A stretch of DNA of 32,000 nt from contig NC_008340.1 in NCBI RefSeq assembly GCF_000014785.1, positions 720,001-752,000 on the forward strand. Direction: 5' to 3'. Positions within the stretch are counted from its first letter, which is position 1. Each line of letters begins with the position of its first letter. The notes beneath the pieces are model-generated. The model had not been told where the DNA came from and searched no databases. It saw only the letters and a list, made by a program, of their open reading frames with translations. The translations under genes and the position numbers were made by a program. This document shows positions 6,956-18,073 of the stretch, in pieces. This DNA is from Alkalilimnicola ehrlichii MLHE-1 (GTDB taxonomy: Bacteria; Pseudomonadota; Gammaproteobacteria; Nitrococcales; Halorhodospiraceae).

Positions 6956-9900
6956 TCAGGCCCCATGATGCAGTGGGGGTGGAGCCGCCATCAGTTGGCC
7001 GGCGCGCTCCGCATCCAGCGGGCGGCTGTAGTAAAAGCCTTGGATTTCGTCGCAGCCCAGCGCCTGTAATACCCGTAACTCGGCCGCGGTCTCCACCCCT
7101 TCGGCGATGACCCCAAGGCCAAGGCTGCGGGCGATGCTGATGATGGCCTGGTTGATCGCTGTGTCGTGGCCGCTGTCGCCTATGCCGCGGACGAAGGATT
7201 GGTCAATCTTCAGCTTGGCGATGGGCAATCGCTTGAGATAGCCGAGGTTGGAATAACCGGTCCCGAAATCGTCAATGGCCAGACTGATGCCCATTTCCCG
7301 AAGGGTCTGGAAACCGGTGACCACCGCCGGGTCGTCCTCACTCAAAAAGAGGCTTTCGGTGACCTCCAAGTGGAGCCCGTCACCAGGCAGGCCGCTGGTC
7401 TCCAGTGCCCGGCGCACGTCTGCGACCACGTCGCTGCGACGGAGCTGGACCACCGATAGATTCACCGAGACCGGTAGGGCGGGAAGCCCGGCCTGCCGCC
7501 AGGCGCGGTTCTGGCGGCAGGCCTCGCCGAGCACCCAGCGGCCCAGTGGGACGATCAGCCCCGTCTCCTCGGCGATGGGGATGAAGCGCGCCGGTGAGAT
7601 GTCGCCCTCGTCCCCGGCGTGCCAACGCAGCAGGGCCTCCATTCCGGTGAGGGTGCCGTCGGCCAGGCTTACCTGCGGCTGGTAATGTAGGCGGAATTCA
7701 CCCCGGTCCAGTGCGCGGCGCAGCCGGCTCTCCAGCGACAGGCGCTCGCGGGCGCGGCTGGTCATGTCGCTGCTGAAAAAGCGGTAGCCCTCATGGCCAC
7801 TGGCCTGTTTGGCCATCGACATGGCCGCATCCGCGTGACTGTGCAGGGTCTCGAGGTTATCCCCGTCTTCGGGGTAGAGTGCGATGCCCACGACGCTGGA
7901 GGGGGTCAGCTCCTGTCCGCTCAGGTCCAGTGGCTCGGCGACGCAGGCCATCAGGCGTTCGGCGGCTTGGGCCGCCTCGGTGGGCTTGTGGATCTCCGGC
8001 AGCAGGATCAGAAACTGATCGCTGCCGATCCGGGAGACCGTGCCCGCCCCGTTCACGTGGTCTTGCAGGCGCTGCGCCACCGTTTGCAGCACCTCGTCAC
8101 CGGCCACATGACCAAGGGTTTCGTTGATGATCTTGAAACGGTCGAGGTCCAGCGACAGCAGGGCCAGCCGGTAGTGCTGGTCCTGGGCGCGGCGCAACGC
8201 CTGTCCCAATCGGTCGGCGAGCAACCCGCGATTGGGCAGCCCGGTGACCGGATCGTGCTGGGCCAGGTAGCGGATGTGCGCCTCGCGATCCTTGGTCTCG
8301 GTAAGGTCAAGGCCTACCGCGATATAGTGGGTGATCCGCCCTGCCTCGTCCCGGACCACCGATAGGGTGAGCCAAAGGGGCGCGTTTTCGCCCCCCTTGC
8401 GCCGGTTCCAGATCTCGCCTTCCCAAAAGCCGTGGCGGCGGAGCCGGGCGAGTATACGGCGGTAGAACTGTTGCGTGTGGTGGGGGGAGCGGAGCATGTG
8501 CGGGCGCCGGCCGAGCACCTCGTCGGGGACATAGCCGGTGCGTTCAGTGAAGGCCCGGTTCACCCGCATTATCCGCTGTCTGGCATCGGTGATGATGATG
8601 GCCTCGGTGCTGTGCTCGAACACCTCCTCGGCCAGGCGCATCTGCTCTTCGGCCGCCTTGCGGGCCTGTTCCCGCTCTATGTTGTCCAGCGCGAACGAGA
8701 GGTCCCCGGTCATCTCCGCCATGAGCTGGATGATATCCGCGCTAAAAAAGCGCTCCTCGCTGGAGTAGACGGCCAATGCGCCGATGCAGTCGTCGCTCTG
8801 GAACAGGGGGAAGGCGGCGACCGAGCGAAACCCGCGGCGGGCCGCGGCGGCCTGCCAGGGGCCGGCGTCCGGGTGATCCAGGAACCGGTCGAACACGCTG
8901 GCCCGCCGCTGGCGGATGGCGCGTCCTACCGGGCCCCGGCTCTCCGGGCGCGCAGGATCGGTACTGATACGGATCTCGTCCAGATAACCCATGTCGCGAC
9001 CGGCCCGGCTCACCGGGGTGACGCGGCCACTGGCCTGATCCACCAACCCGATCCAGGCCATGTCGAGTCGGCCATACCGGACCACCACCTCGCAGGTCCG
9101 CTGGAACAATTCCTTGGGGTCGTCGATACGGATGATGACCTGATTGGCCTGGCTGAGGGCAGCGTAGAGATCGCGCAGTCGGCTGATCTCCTCGCGGGCC
9201 TGGACGTGGCCGGTCACGTCGTGGCTGATACAGAGCACATGGGCGATATTGCCGGTGTCATCGGTCTCCGGGACGATCAGCGCCTCGAAGTGGCGGACCC
9301 GGCCCTCGCGGTCCGGATGGGAAAAGGTCATGGTCCCGGGTTCGCCGCTTTCCAGCGCCTGGTTCAGGTGCCGCTCCCAGGTCGCGAGCAGTTTGCCGCG
9401 GAAGCCGACCTCCTCGTGTGTTCGGCCCAGGTAGTGCTCCCGCGGGATGCCGGTGAACGCCTCCAGGGCACGGTTGACGTAGAGATGCCGGAGGTCGCGG
9501 TCGAGTCGGACGATGATGTCGGGTGAGTTTTCCGCCAGGGTCTCGTAGGCCCGCTCTCGCGCGGCGAGGTCGGCCTGCGCCATCAACTCGGTGCGTAGCC
9601 GTCGGGCCTCCAGACCGTGCACATGGCCCCGCCACCAGAGGATGATGCCCGTGCCCGCTGCGACCACCAGCAGCAGACCGGTGGTGAAGCTCCAGCGCGC
9701 CAGGTGCCGGATATCCGCTTCCGGCGGGGGCGTGGGGGTACTGGAGACCTGGTGGTAGAAGAGGTAACCGAGCGCCGCCAATCCGCCGGCGAGCCCGGTC
9801 AGGATGCCCACGGGCACCCAGTAGTCGCCGGCAACGGGGAGCAGGTCGGAATCAGGGGCGCGAGGGCGCCGGGCCTGCTCTTCCAGCCGGGTGGTGTTGA

Positions 9901-10111
9901 TGGTAAAGCGGATCACTAGGTAGAGCAGCCCGGCGGTCACCAGCACGTAGAACCAGCCCTTGGCGGTTTGCAGCCGGGCCACCAGCTCGGTGTCCTCTAT
10001 GAGCACCAGCAACAGGCGGTCTGAGCCGAAAATCCACAGCAGCCCGAGCGCCGCGTAGGCCAGGCAGATGGTCAGGGCGGGGCCGTGGCCCGGTTTGCGC
10101 AAGGCTGGCAT
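6956..10111 (-). CDS. Membrane-anchored PAS-GAF-PAS-GGDEF(degenerate)-EAL c-di-GMP signalling protein, probably a phosphodiesterase
   Basis: 1051 aa. It has N-terminal TM helices and PAS segments (e.g. ENSPDIIVRLDRDLRHLYVNRA, FEHSTEAIIITDARQRIMRVNRAF). The GAF-like middle contains RLDMAWIGLVDQASG...ALAVYSSEE. The GGDEF domain carries RIGSDQF instead of RxGGDEF (8012-8026). The EAL domain is intact: EALLRW (EAL codons 7631-7639), DDFGTGYS, EGVET and QGFYYSRP. Confidence 0.9.
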   Translation of the reverse strand: MPALRKPGHGPALTICLAYAALGLLWIFGSDRLLLVLIEDTELVARLQTAKGWFYVLVTAGLLYLVIRFTINTTRLEEQARRPRAPDSDLLPVAGDYWVPVGILTGLAGGLAALGYLFYHQVSSTPTPPPEADIRHLARWSFTTGLLLVVAAGTGIILWWRGHVHGLEARRLRTELMAQADLAARERAYETLAENSPDIIVRLDRDLRHLYVNRALEAFTGIPREHYLGRTHEEVGFRGKLLATWERHLNQALESGEPGTMTFSHPDREGRVRHFEALIVPETDDTGNIAHVLCISHDVTGHVQAREEISRLRDLYAALSQANQVIIRIDDPKELFQRTCEVVVRYGRLDMAWIGLVDQASGRVTPVSRAGRDMGYLDEIRISTDPARPESRGPVGRAIRQRRASVFDRFLDHPDAGPWQAAAARRGFRSVAAFPLFQSDDCIGALAVYSSEERFFSADIIQLMAEMTGDLSFALDNIEREQARKAAEEQMRLAEEVFEHSTEAIIITDARQRIMRVNRAFTERTGYVPDEVLGRRPHMLRSPHHTQQFYRRILARLRRHGFWEGEIWNRRKGGENAPLWLTLSVVRDEAGRITHYIAVGLDLTETKDREAHIRYLAQHDPVTGLPNRGLLADRLGQALRRAQDQHYRLALLSLDLDRFKIINETLGHVAGDEVLQTVAQRLQDHVNGAGTVSRIGSDQFLILLPEIHKPTEAAQAAERLMACVAEPLDLSGQELTPSSVVGIALYPEDGDNLETLHSHADAAMSMAKQASGHEGYRFFSSDMTSRARERLSLESRLRRALDRGEFRLHYQPQVSLADGTLTGMEALLRWHAGDEGDISPARFIPIAEETGLIVPLGRWVLGEACRQNRAWRQAGLPALPVSVNLSVVQLRRSDVVADVRRALETSGLPGDGLHLEVTESLFLSEDDPAVVTGFQTLREMGISLAIDDFGTGYSNLGYLKRLPIAKLKIDQSFVRGIGDSGHDTAINQAIISIARSLGLGVIAEGVETAAELRVLQALGCDEIQGFYYSRPLDAERAGQLMAAPPPLHHGA

Positions 10112-10122
10112 GGGGCGTCCGT

Positions 10123-12868
<2,746 letters not shown>

Positions 12869-12885
<17 letters not shown>

Positions 12886-13096
12886 CCTGGCCGTCCTGGC
12901 GTGAACCGGCGCGTGGGCGGCGGTATAAGACCAGCCCGGTCAGCAGGATGATCAGCAGCCAGCTGAGGAAGAGGTAGACATAGAGGACGGGCAGGCCGAA
13001 CACCCAGCCGTCGCGGGCGAACAGGGATAGCAGGGGGTAGTTGAACAACAGCGCCGCAAGCAGGGCCAGGGCGACGATGCGCTCGGTACGTTGCAT
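12869..13096 (-). CDS. Small two-TM membrane protein (75 aa) translationally overlapped with the SLC5-kinase gene; CbrX-like by position
   Basis: The track ORF 12869..13198 would overlap the upstream gene. The internal ATG at 13096 lies 13 nt past that gene's stop and gives MQRTERIVALALLAALLFNYPLLSLFARDGWVFGLPVLYVYLFLSWLLIILLTGLVLYRRPRAG. Its 3' end overlaps the kinase start. A second module with the same arrangement is at 27455..27652. Confidence 0.6.
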
Positions 13097-13109
13097 GTGG
13101 GCTCCCGGG

Positions 13110-15269
13110 CTAACGGAATCGGGCCTGCTCTCTGCGGACCGTGACCACCTGCTCTGAGGCCTGGATTGCCTGGCCCAAAGTGACCACACCCCGTTCACGC
13201 AGAAGGGGAATCATTCGGGCGAAGACATCGGCGGTGACCCGCGCGTCGGCCAGTGCGCTGTGGCGCTTCTGGACTTCGACCCCCAGCCTCTCTGCCACGC
13301 CCTCCAGCGTGTGGTCGGGGGAATGGTCGTGCAAATACACCGACAATAGTAGCGTATCGAGCACCGGCTGGGGGAACGCCAGCCCGGCCCGGGCCTGTGC
13401 CCGGCGCAGAAACCCCATATCGAAGGCGGCATTGTGGGCCACCAGTACGCTCTCCTCGCCGATGAAGCGCGAGAAGGCCCGCAGAACCGGTCCGATCTCC
13501 GGCGCCCGTGCCACATCCTCGTTGCTGATGCCGTGGAAGCGGGTGGCGCTGTCCGGTATCGCCCGGCACGGTTTCACCAGTTGCTCGAAATACTCGTCCT
13601 GCAGCACCCGTCCGTTGACCAGACGCACGGCACCGATGGCGATGATCTCGTCGCCGCGCGCCGGCGACAGGCCGGTGGTCTCGGTATCGAAGACCACGCA
13701 ACTGAGCTGATCCAGCGCTCGCTCGGCCCACTCGCCCAACTGCGGCGGTTGCTGCGCCACGGAAAAGTCGTAAAACTCGTGCTGCACGGCGGGTGCGTGG
13801 CTGGGCGATTGCCATTGGCGCTCCGAGGCCGGTAGGGGGATGCGCAGAAAGGCGCACCCCGGGTCGCGTTCGCTGTGCTGGCTCCAGGCGACCGTGTGGT
13901 GCCGCTCCAGGAGGGTCCGCGCGGAGAGCTCGCCCCCCAGGTCCGGGAGGGGGGCGTCCAGCCATCGATCCAGGGTCTCGCTGGCGACCGGCCTGCCGCG
14001 CCAGGTGAGGTCGAGATAGACGCGTTGATCGCCCATCAGGGCCTCCACGGTCACCCGGTCCACCCCGTGCTCCCCGGCCAGGCGGGCGAGCAGATCCTCC
14101 AGTACCAGCCCAATCGCATGGCCCTCCGCGTGGACCCACAGCGGCAGCCCGACCTCGTCCACCCGGGGCAGGGCGCGCTGGCTGCGGCGCAATACACTGC
14201 CGAGCAGGTCAGCGGTGTAGAGATCGGCCATCACCCAGGGGGTGGAGACGAAGCGCTGCGCCTCGGCGGCCAGTTGCTCGAAGCGTGTCCCGAGGGCGCT
14301 GGTCTCCCGGGCCACTAAGGCCTCGAAGGCCTGGCGCTGTTCCGGGGTCATGTCCGCCCGCCGGTCCAGGCTGTCGGTGGCGGCCCGAAGGCTGGCCAGC
14401 GGTGCCCGCAAGGCCTCCATGGTCTGGCGTAGTCGTTGCTCCCGTTCGGCCATGCCCCGGAGCTCGCGGGTGATGTCGTCGAAGGTGAGCACAAAGGCGG
14501 ACTGTAACAGGCTGGAGGCGGGCAGAAGAGCGAGTTGGCAGTGGAGCAGGCTGCCCTGATCCTGGGTGGCGCAGACGAACTCCGTGCTGGCCTCGGTGAC
14601 CGCCTCGTCGGGCTCGGCCTTGCCTTCGCCCTCGTCGCGCTGGTGGCGCAGCAGCTCGAGGCTGTGCTCCAGCGGCGCCCGGGCGAGAATACCGTAAAGC
14701 GACCGGCACAGGCCCAGCGCCGGGTGGTCGCCGAGGATGGCGCGGGCGGCCGGATTGTAGAGCATGATGCGACCCTGCTCGTCGCAGACCACCACCCCCT
14801 GGCGCAGCCCGCGCAGGACGATCTCCAGCCGCGCCTTCTGGGCCTCCAGGCCGCGCGGGTCGCCGGTGATGGCCTTGGCCACCTCCTGCCGGCACTCGTA
14901 AAGTGCCCGTCCCAGGGTCTCGACCCGCTCGGGGAGTTCGCCCAGAAGGTGCGGGCCGGGCAGCTCGATCCGGTGGCTGGGGTTGCCGTGGCGCATGATG
15001 GCGGCGCCCCGGCTGACCGCCGCCGCGGCGGTGGCCAGGCGCTGGTCCAGCACCAGCCAGAGCAGGGCCAGCAGGCCGCCGAAGCCGAGCCCAAAGCCGC
15101 CCAATGCCAGGATGGCACGGCCCTGCTGGAGCTCGTCGGGCAGTTGCGGCACCAGGTAGCGGCCCAGCGCCAGCAGCGTAAGGACCAGCACCCCAACGGG
15201 CACCAGCAACAGGAGCCAAAACCGGGTGCGGGGCTCCAGTGCACGCGGCGGGCGGTGTGGTGCGGACAC
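13110..15269 (-). CDS. Membrane sensor: 2 TM - HAMP-like - PAS-like - degenerate HisKA/HATPase (pseudokinase) - C-terminal DEDDh 3'-5' exonuclease (DnaQ/RNase T fold)
   Basis: 719 aa with a GTG start. TM helices are FWLLLLVPVGVLVLTLLAL and LALGGFGLGFGGLLALLWLVL. The H-box-like RLRQTMEALRAPLASLRAA has Glu (14415-14417) where the neighbouring kinase has its phospho-His. The CA-like region lacks the N-box Asn and has G1 WRGRPV and G2 GGELSA. The exonuclease domain (about 13110-13712) has ExoI VVFDTETTG, ExoII LVAHNAAFDMGFL and ExoIII HSALADARVTADVF. Confidence 0.85.
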   Translation of the reverse strand: MSAPHRPPRALEPRTRFWLLLLVPVGVLVLTLLALGRYLVPQLPDELQQGRAILALGGFGLGFGGLLALLWLVLDQRLATAAAAVSRGAAIMRHGNPSHRIELPGPHLLGELPERVETLGRALYECRQEVAKAITGDPRGLEAQKARLEIVLRGLRQGVVVCDEQGRIMLYNPAARAILGDHPALGLCRSLYGILARAPLEHSLELLRHQRDEGEGKAEPDEAVTEASTEFVCATQDQGSLLHCQLALLPASSLLQSAFVLTFDDITRELRGMAEREQRLRQTMEALRAPLASLRAATDSLDRRADMTPEQRQAFEALVARETSALGTRFEQLAAEAQRFVSTPWVMADLYTADLLGSVLRRSQRALPRVDEVGLPLWVHAEGHAIGLVLEDLLARLAGEHGVDRVTVEALMGDQRVYLDLTWRGRPVASETLDRWLDAPLPDLGGELSARTLLERHHTVAWSQHSERDPGCAFLRIPLPASERQWQSPSHAPAVQHEFYDFSVAQQPPQLGEWAERALDQLSCVVFDTETTGLSPARGDEIIAIGAVRLVNGRVLQDEYFEQLVKPCRAIPDSATRFHGISNEDVARAPEIGPVLRAFSRFIGEESVLVAHNAAFDMGFLRRAQARAGLAFPQPVLDTLLLSVYLHDHSPDHTLEGVAERLGVEVQKRHSALADARVTADVFARMIPLLRERGVVTLGQAIQASEQVVTVRREQARFR

Positions 15270-15290
15270 GGCGCTGGCGCGGGCCCGTGG

Positions 15291-15662
15291 TCAGTCCGCG
15301 CCCAGGAGCTCTCGCACCTTGTCGATGACCTCCTGGGTGGAAAAAGGCTTGGTGATGTAGTCGTCGGCGCCCAGGGAAAGCCCCTTCTCGCGCTCCACGT
15401 CGCGCCCTTTGGCCGTCAACATCACGACCAGAATGTCCTTCCAGTCATCGCTGGCCCGGATGGTCTCGCAGACCTCGTAGCCGTTCTTGCGCGGCATCAT
15501 GACGTCCAGCAGGACCAGATCGGGCTTCGCCCGCTCGATTGCCTCCAGCGCCTCGTCACCGTCGGTCGCGGTCTCTACCTCGTAGCCCGCCTGTTTCATC
15601 AGGAATTCCAGCGACAGGACGATGTTGGCCTCATCGTCGACGATGAGTATGCGTTTCGGCAT
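15291..15662 (-). CDS. Stand-alone CheY-like receiver (REC) protein
   Basis: Track ORF 15291..15740. I prefer the ATG at 15662, preceded by GGAGGAG, giving MPKRILIVDDEANIV. Acidic pocket DDE, phospho-Asp in LVLLDVMMP, MLTAK and ITKPF are all intact. 123 aa with no output domain. Confidence 0.9.
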   Translation of the reverse strand: MPKRILIVDDEANIVLSLEFLMKQAGYEVETATDGDEALEAIERAKPDLVLLDVMMPRKNGYEVCETIRASDDWKDILVVMLTAKGRDVEREKGLSLGADDYITKPFSTQEVIDKVRELLGAD

Positions 15663-15756
15663 GTGTGAAGCTCCTCCGGTCACGGCCCGTTTGGGATGGC
15701 GCCGCCGCATCGGCGTGTGGGGGCGGCGGGGCCCTGGCAATGGGCCTGTATCCTTA

Positions 15757-15784
15757 ATTGTACCCGGCTTTTTCGTTATGAAAA
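15757..15784 (-). promoter_or_regulatory. Candidate sigma70 promoter for the REC/exonuclease genes (minus strand: TTTTCA - 16 nt - TACAAT)
   Basis: This is the only AT-rich patch in the 150-nt gap between the DUF294 gene stop and the REC start. The match was made by eye and is weak at -35. Confidence 0.25.
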
Positions 15785-15812
15785 TGCGGTATCGCCCGTG
15801 ATCCCGGCGGGG

Positions 15813-17690
15813 TCAGGCCCCGAACCGGGCGTGCATGTTCTCCTGGAAGCGTTTGATGACCCGCATGGCCAGGGTGAGGCTCTGGCGCGCCAGGGGATGG
15901 AGATCGTCCGGCGCCACCAGTTTGTCCAGTGGCTCCCCGGCCTCGCACTGGGCCAGTTGGTGGGAGAGCAGCAGGTCGAGCAGGTCCTCGTGGGCGGCGA
16001 TGATCGACTCGGCCGCATCAGCGCTGAGCACGCCCTGCCGCACCAGCGCGTGTACCCGCCCGCACGTGTTGGTCTCCTGAATCCCGGCTGCTACCGCATG
16101 GACCCGGGCGCAGTTGGCGATGATGCGCAGGCCCTGGCGTTTGATGTCGATCTTGCCGCGGTTGGCGCCTCGATCCGGGGTCACCAGGCGGTTGAACAGC
16201 CCCAGCGGCGGTCGACCCTCGGCATCGTCCATGGCCAGGGCCCGCAGCGCCCTCGGGTGGGTTGGCAGGGTGTCGAGGACGTGGCGCCAGAGGCTGTCCA
16301 CCAGCCGGTCCTCGCCGTAGAGCAGCTCGAAGTCGAGCACGATGTTGCTCCAACGGGCCGCCTTGCTCCCGGGGTACTGGGCGGCACGGGTAAAGCTGGT
16401 CTGCCATTCCTCAAGGGTCTTCTGGTAAGCGGGGTTACGCGCCATGATCTCGCCCGGGCAGATGGCGTAGCCCACCTCGCCCAGGTTGACATTCACCCGG
16501 TCGCAGAAGGTCTCGAACCACTGTTTCTCCGCCGCCGACAGTGGCCCCGGCTCGTCATCGATGATGATGCCGTTGTCCTGGTCGGGCTCGAACAGCATCT
16601 CCCGGCGCCCCCCGGAGCCCATGATGATGAGCGCATAGGGGCGTGGCGCCGTGCCGTGGCCCTCGCGCTGGATCTCCTCCAGGGTCAGGTCAATGCAGCG
16701 CCTTTGCAGGGCGAGGTGGAACTCGCTGATCACCCAGGCTGCCTGGCTGGCGTCGCGATGGCTTTCGAAGGCGTCGCGCACCACTTTGCCGGTGTTGCGG
16801 TAGAGGCGCTGGAGCTGTTTCAGGTTGCCGGCGTTGTAGGCCAGCTCCAGGGCGGTGCTCTCCTGCATCAGCAGGGCGCGGAGGATGTTGGTCTGTGACA
16901 GCATGCCGGCGGGTTTGCCCTCGTCCATCACCACCAGGTATTTCTGGCGCAGTTCCGACTGCAGGGCCTCGGCCTTCCACAGGGGGGTGTCCGGGCTGAT
17001 GGGGATGGTCGGCCGGGTGATGCTGCTGATCGGTGCGGACGGCGGGTAGCCGGTGCCCAGCACCGCGTGCGCCAGGTCCGGCGCCGTGACCAATCCGAGC
17101 AGGTTGCCGTCCGGGGCCATGACCCCCATCGAGCCGATGCAGCGGGCCTGCATCTCGCCGTGTACCGACATCAGGGTGTCGGTGCTGCGGCAGGTGGCCA
17201 GGGGGCTGTTCATCGCCGTCCGCACCGGGCGTGCCAGCGCACCGGTGGGGGCCTGATTGGCGTAGCTGCGGGCGCGGATGCGCTGGGTGATGACCTGCTC
17301 GAGGGCATCGTGCAGGCCGGGGTGCGCCTCCTCCAGCGCCCGCACGCGCTGAAAGGGGACCACGGCGAGCTGCGCGGGCCGGGTGACCACGGCGGTTGCG
17401 CTGTAGGGTTGATTGTCCAGGTAACTGGAGATGCCCAGCAGGCAGATGGCCTCGCGCAGCGCGGTCTCGCCGTTGGGGTAGACCAGGTCGGCGGCCCCCT
17501 CGAGCAGCACGAACAGCGCGCCGGGGTCGGCTTCGCCCAGCCGGAACAGGGTGTCGCCGGGTTCGGCGTGGCGGATCTCGGCATCCTGGATGAGGGTACT
17601 CAGCGCCGCCGGGTCCATGTGGTGCAGGGGGCGGCTCTTGGCCAACTCGGTGATATCGGGCGGTGCCTGCCCGCCGGCGTCTTCGGCCAT
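15813..17690 (-). CDS. cNMP-binding - CBS pair - DUF294 nucleotidyltransferase - DUF294_C signalling protein
   Basis: 625 aa with RBS GGGGAGAA. The N-terminal cyclic-nucleotide-binding-like barrel contains IRHAEPGDTLFRLGEADPGALFVLLEGAADLV. Two CBS repeats follow. The pol-beta-type NTase motif is YALIIMGSGGRREMLFEPDQDNGIIID, and the C-terminus is a helical substrate-binding-like region. Confidence 0.85.
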   Translation of the reverse strand: MAEDAGGQAPPDITELAKSRPLHHMDPAALSTLIQDAEIRHAEPGDTLFRLGEADPGALFVLLEGAADLVYPNGETALREAICLLGISSYLDNQPYSATAVVTRPAQLAVVPFQRVRALEEAHPGLHDALEQVITQRIRARSYANQAPTGALARPVRTAMNSPLATCRSTDTLMSVHGEMQARCIGSMGVMAPDGNLLGLVTAPDLAHAVLGTGYPPSAPISSITRPTIPISPDTPLWKAEALQSELRQKYLVVMDEGKPAGMLSQTNILRALLMQESTALELAYNAGNLKQLQRLYRNTGKVVRDAFESHRDASQAAWVISEFHLALQRRCIDLTLEEIQREGHGTAPRPYALIIMGSGGRREMLFEPDQDNGIIIDDEPGPLSAAEKQWFETFCDRVNVNLGEVGYAICPGEIMARNPAYQKTLEEWQTSFTRAAQYPGSKAARWSNIVLDFELLYGEDRLVDSLWRHVLDTLPTHPRALRALAMDDAEGRPPLGLFNRLVTPDRGANRGKIDIKRQGLRIIANCARVHAVAAGIQETNTCGRVHALVRQGVLSADAAESIIAAHEDLLDLLLSHQLAQCEAGEPLDKLVAPDDLHPLARQSLTLAMRVIKRFQENMHARFGA

Positions 17691-17802
17691 GCTGTTCTCC
17701 CCGGTGATGCCAAGTATGGGTCGTGGTCGGGCCTCTGCCTTGAGCCGTTCTGAAAATATCGCATCATCAACGGTTTTTGTCCAAAGGGGCGACCGGGTGC
17801 GC

Positions 17803-17839
17803 CGTTACGGGGGTACACAGGGTGCTACCCCAGGTAACG
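17803..17839 (+). promoter_or_regulatory. Inverted repeat CGTTACGGGGGTA - 10 nt - TACCCCAGGTAACG (GTTAC-N25-GTAAC); candidate enhancer-binding-protein site
   Basis: Arms at 17803-17815 and 17826-17839. It is centred about 100 bp upstream of the -24 element at 17924. A further GGGGGTAAC half-site lies at 17878-17886. Confidence 0.35.
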
Positions 17840-17922
17840 CCGAAGGGGTGGTCGGCCGGTGTCCGGTGCCGGTGACCGGGGGTAACTGACTGATCCTGGG
17901 GCCGACGTCCGGCCCTGGAGGG

Positions 17923-17938
17923 TGGCACGATTCTCGCT
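17923..17938 (+). promoter_or_regulatory. Sigma54 (RpoN) -24/-12 promoter TGGCACGATTCTCGCT upstream of the SSS transporter gene
   Basis: TGGCACG matches the -24 consensus exactly. GG (17924-17925) and GC (17936-17937) have the canonical 12-nt offset. The -12 region is TCGC against the consensus TTGC. It lies about 137 nt upstream of the ATG at 18074. This is the only intergenic TGGCAC in the window. Confidence 0.6.
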
Positions 17939-18073
17939 TCCCTCTCGTACCCACTCGACGGGGCATCCGGTGGGCGCGCCGGGAACGCGGGTGCCGGGAT
18001 GCCCACGCCCAAAGATGACCGGAGCATGCAGGCAACGCGAGCCGCAAAGCGCCAACGGGGGGCGCACCCGTAA

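Noticed and set aside
17691-18073. Small DUF485/YjcH-type membrane gene expected upstream of an ActP-type acetate permease.
   Set aside because: There is no suitable plus-strand ORF in the 383-bp gap; the only track ORF there (17922-18278) is off-frame and overlaps the transporter. The permease is therefore called only at SSS-family level.
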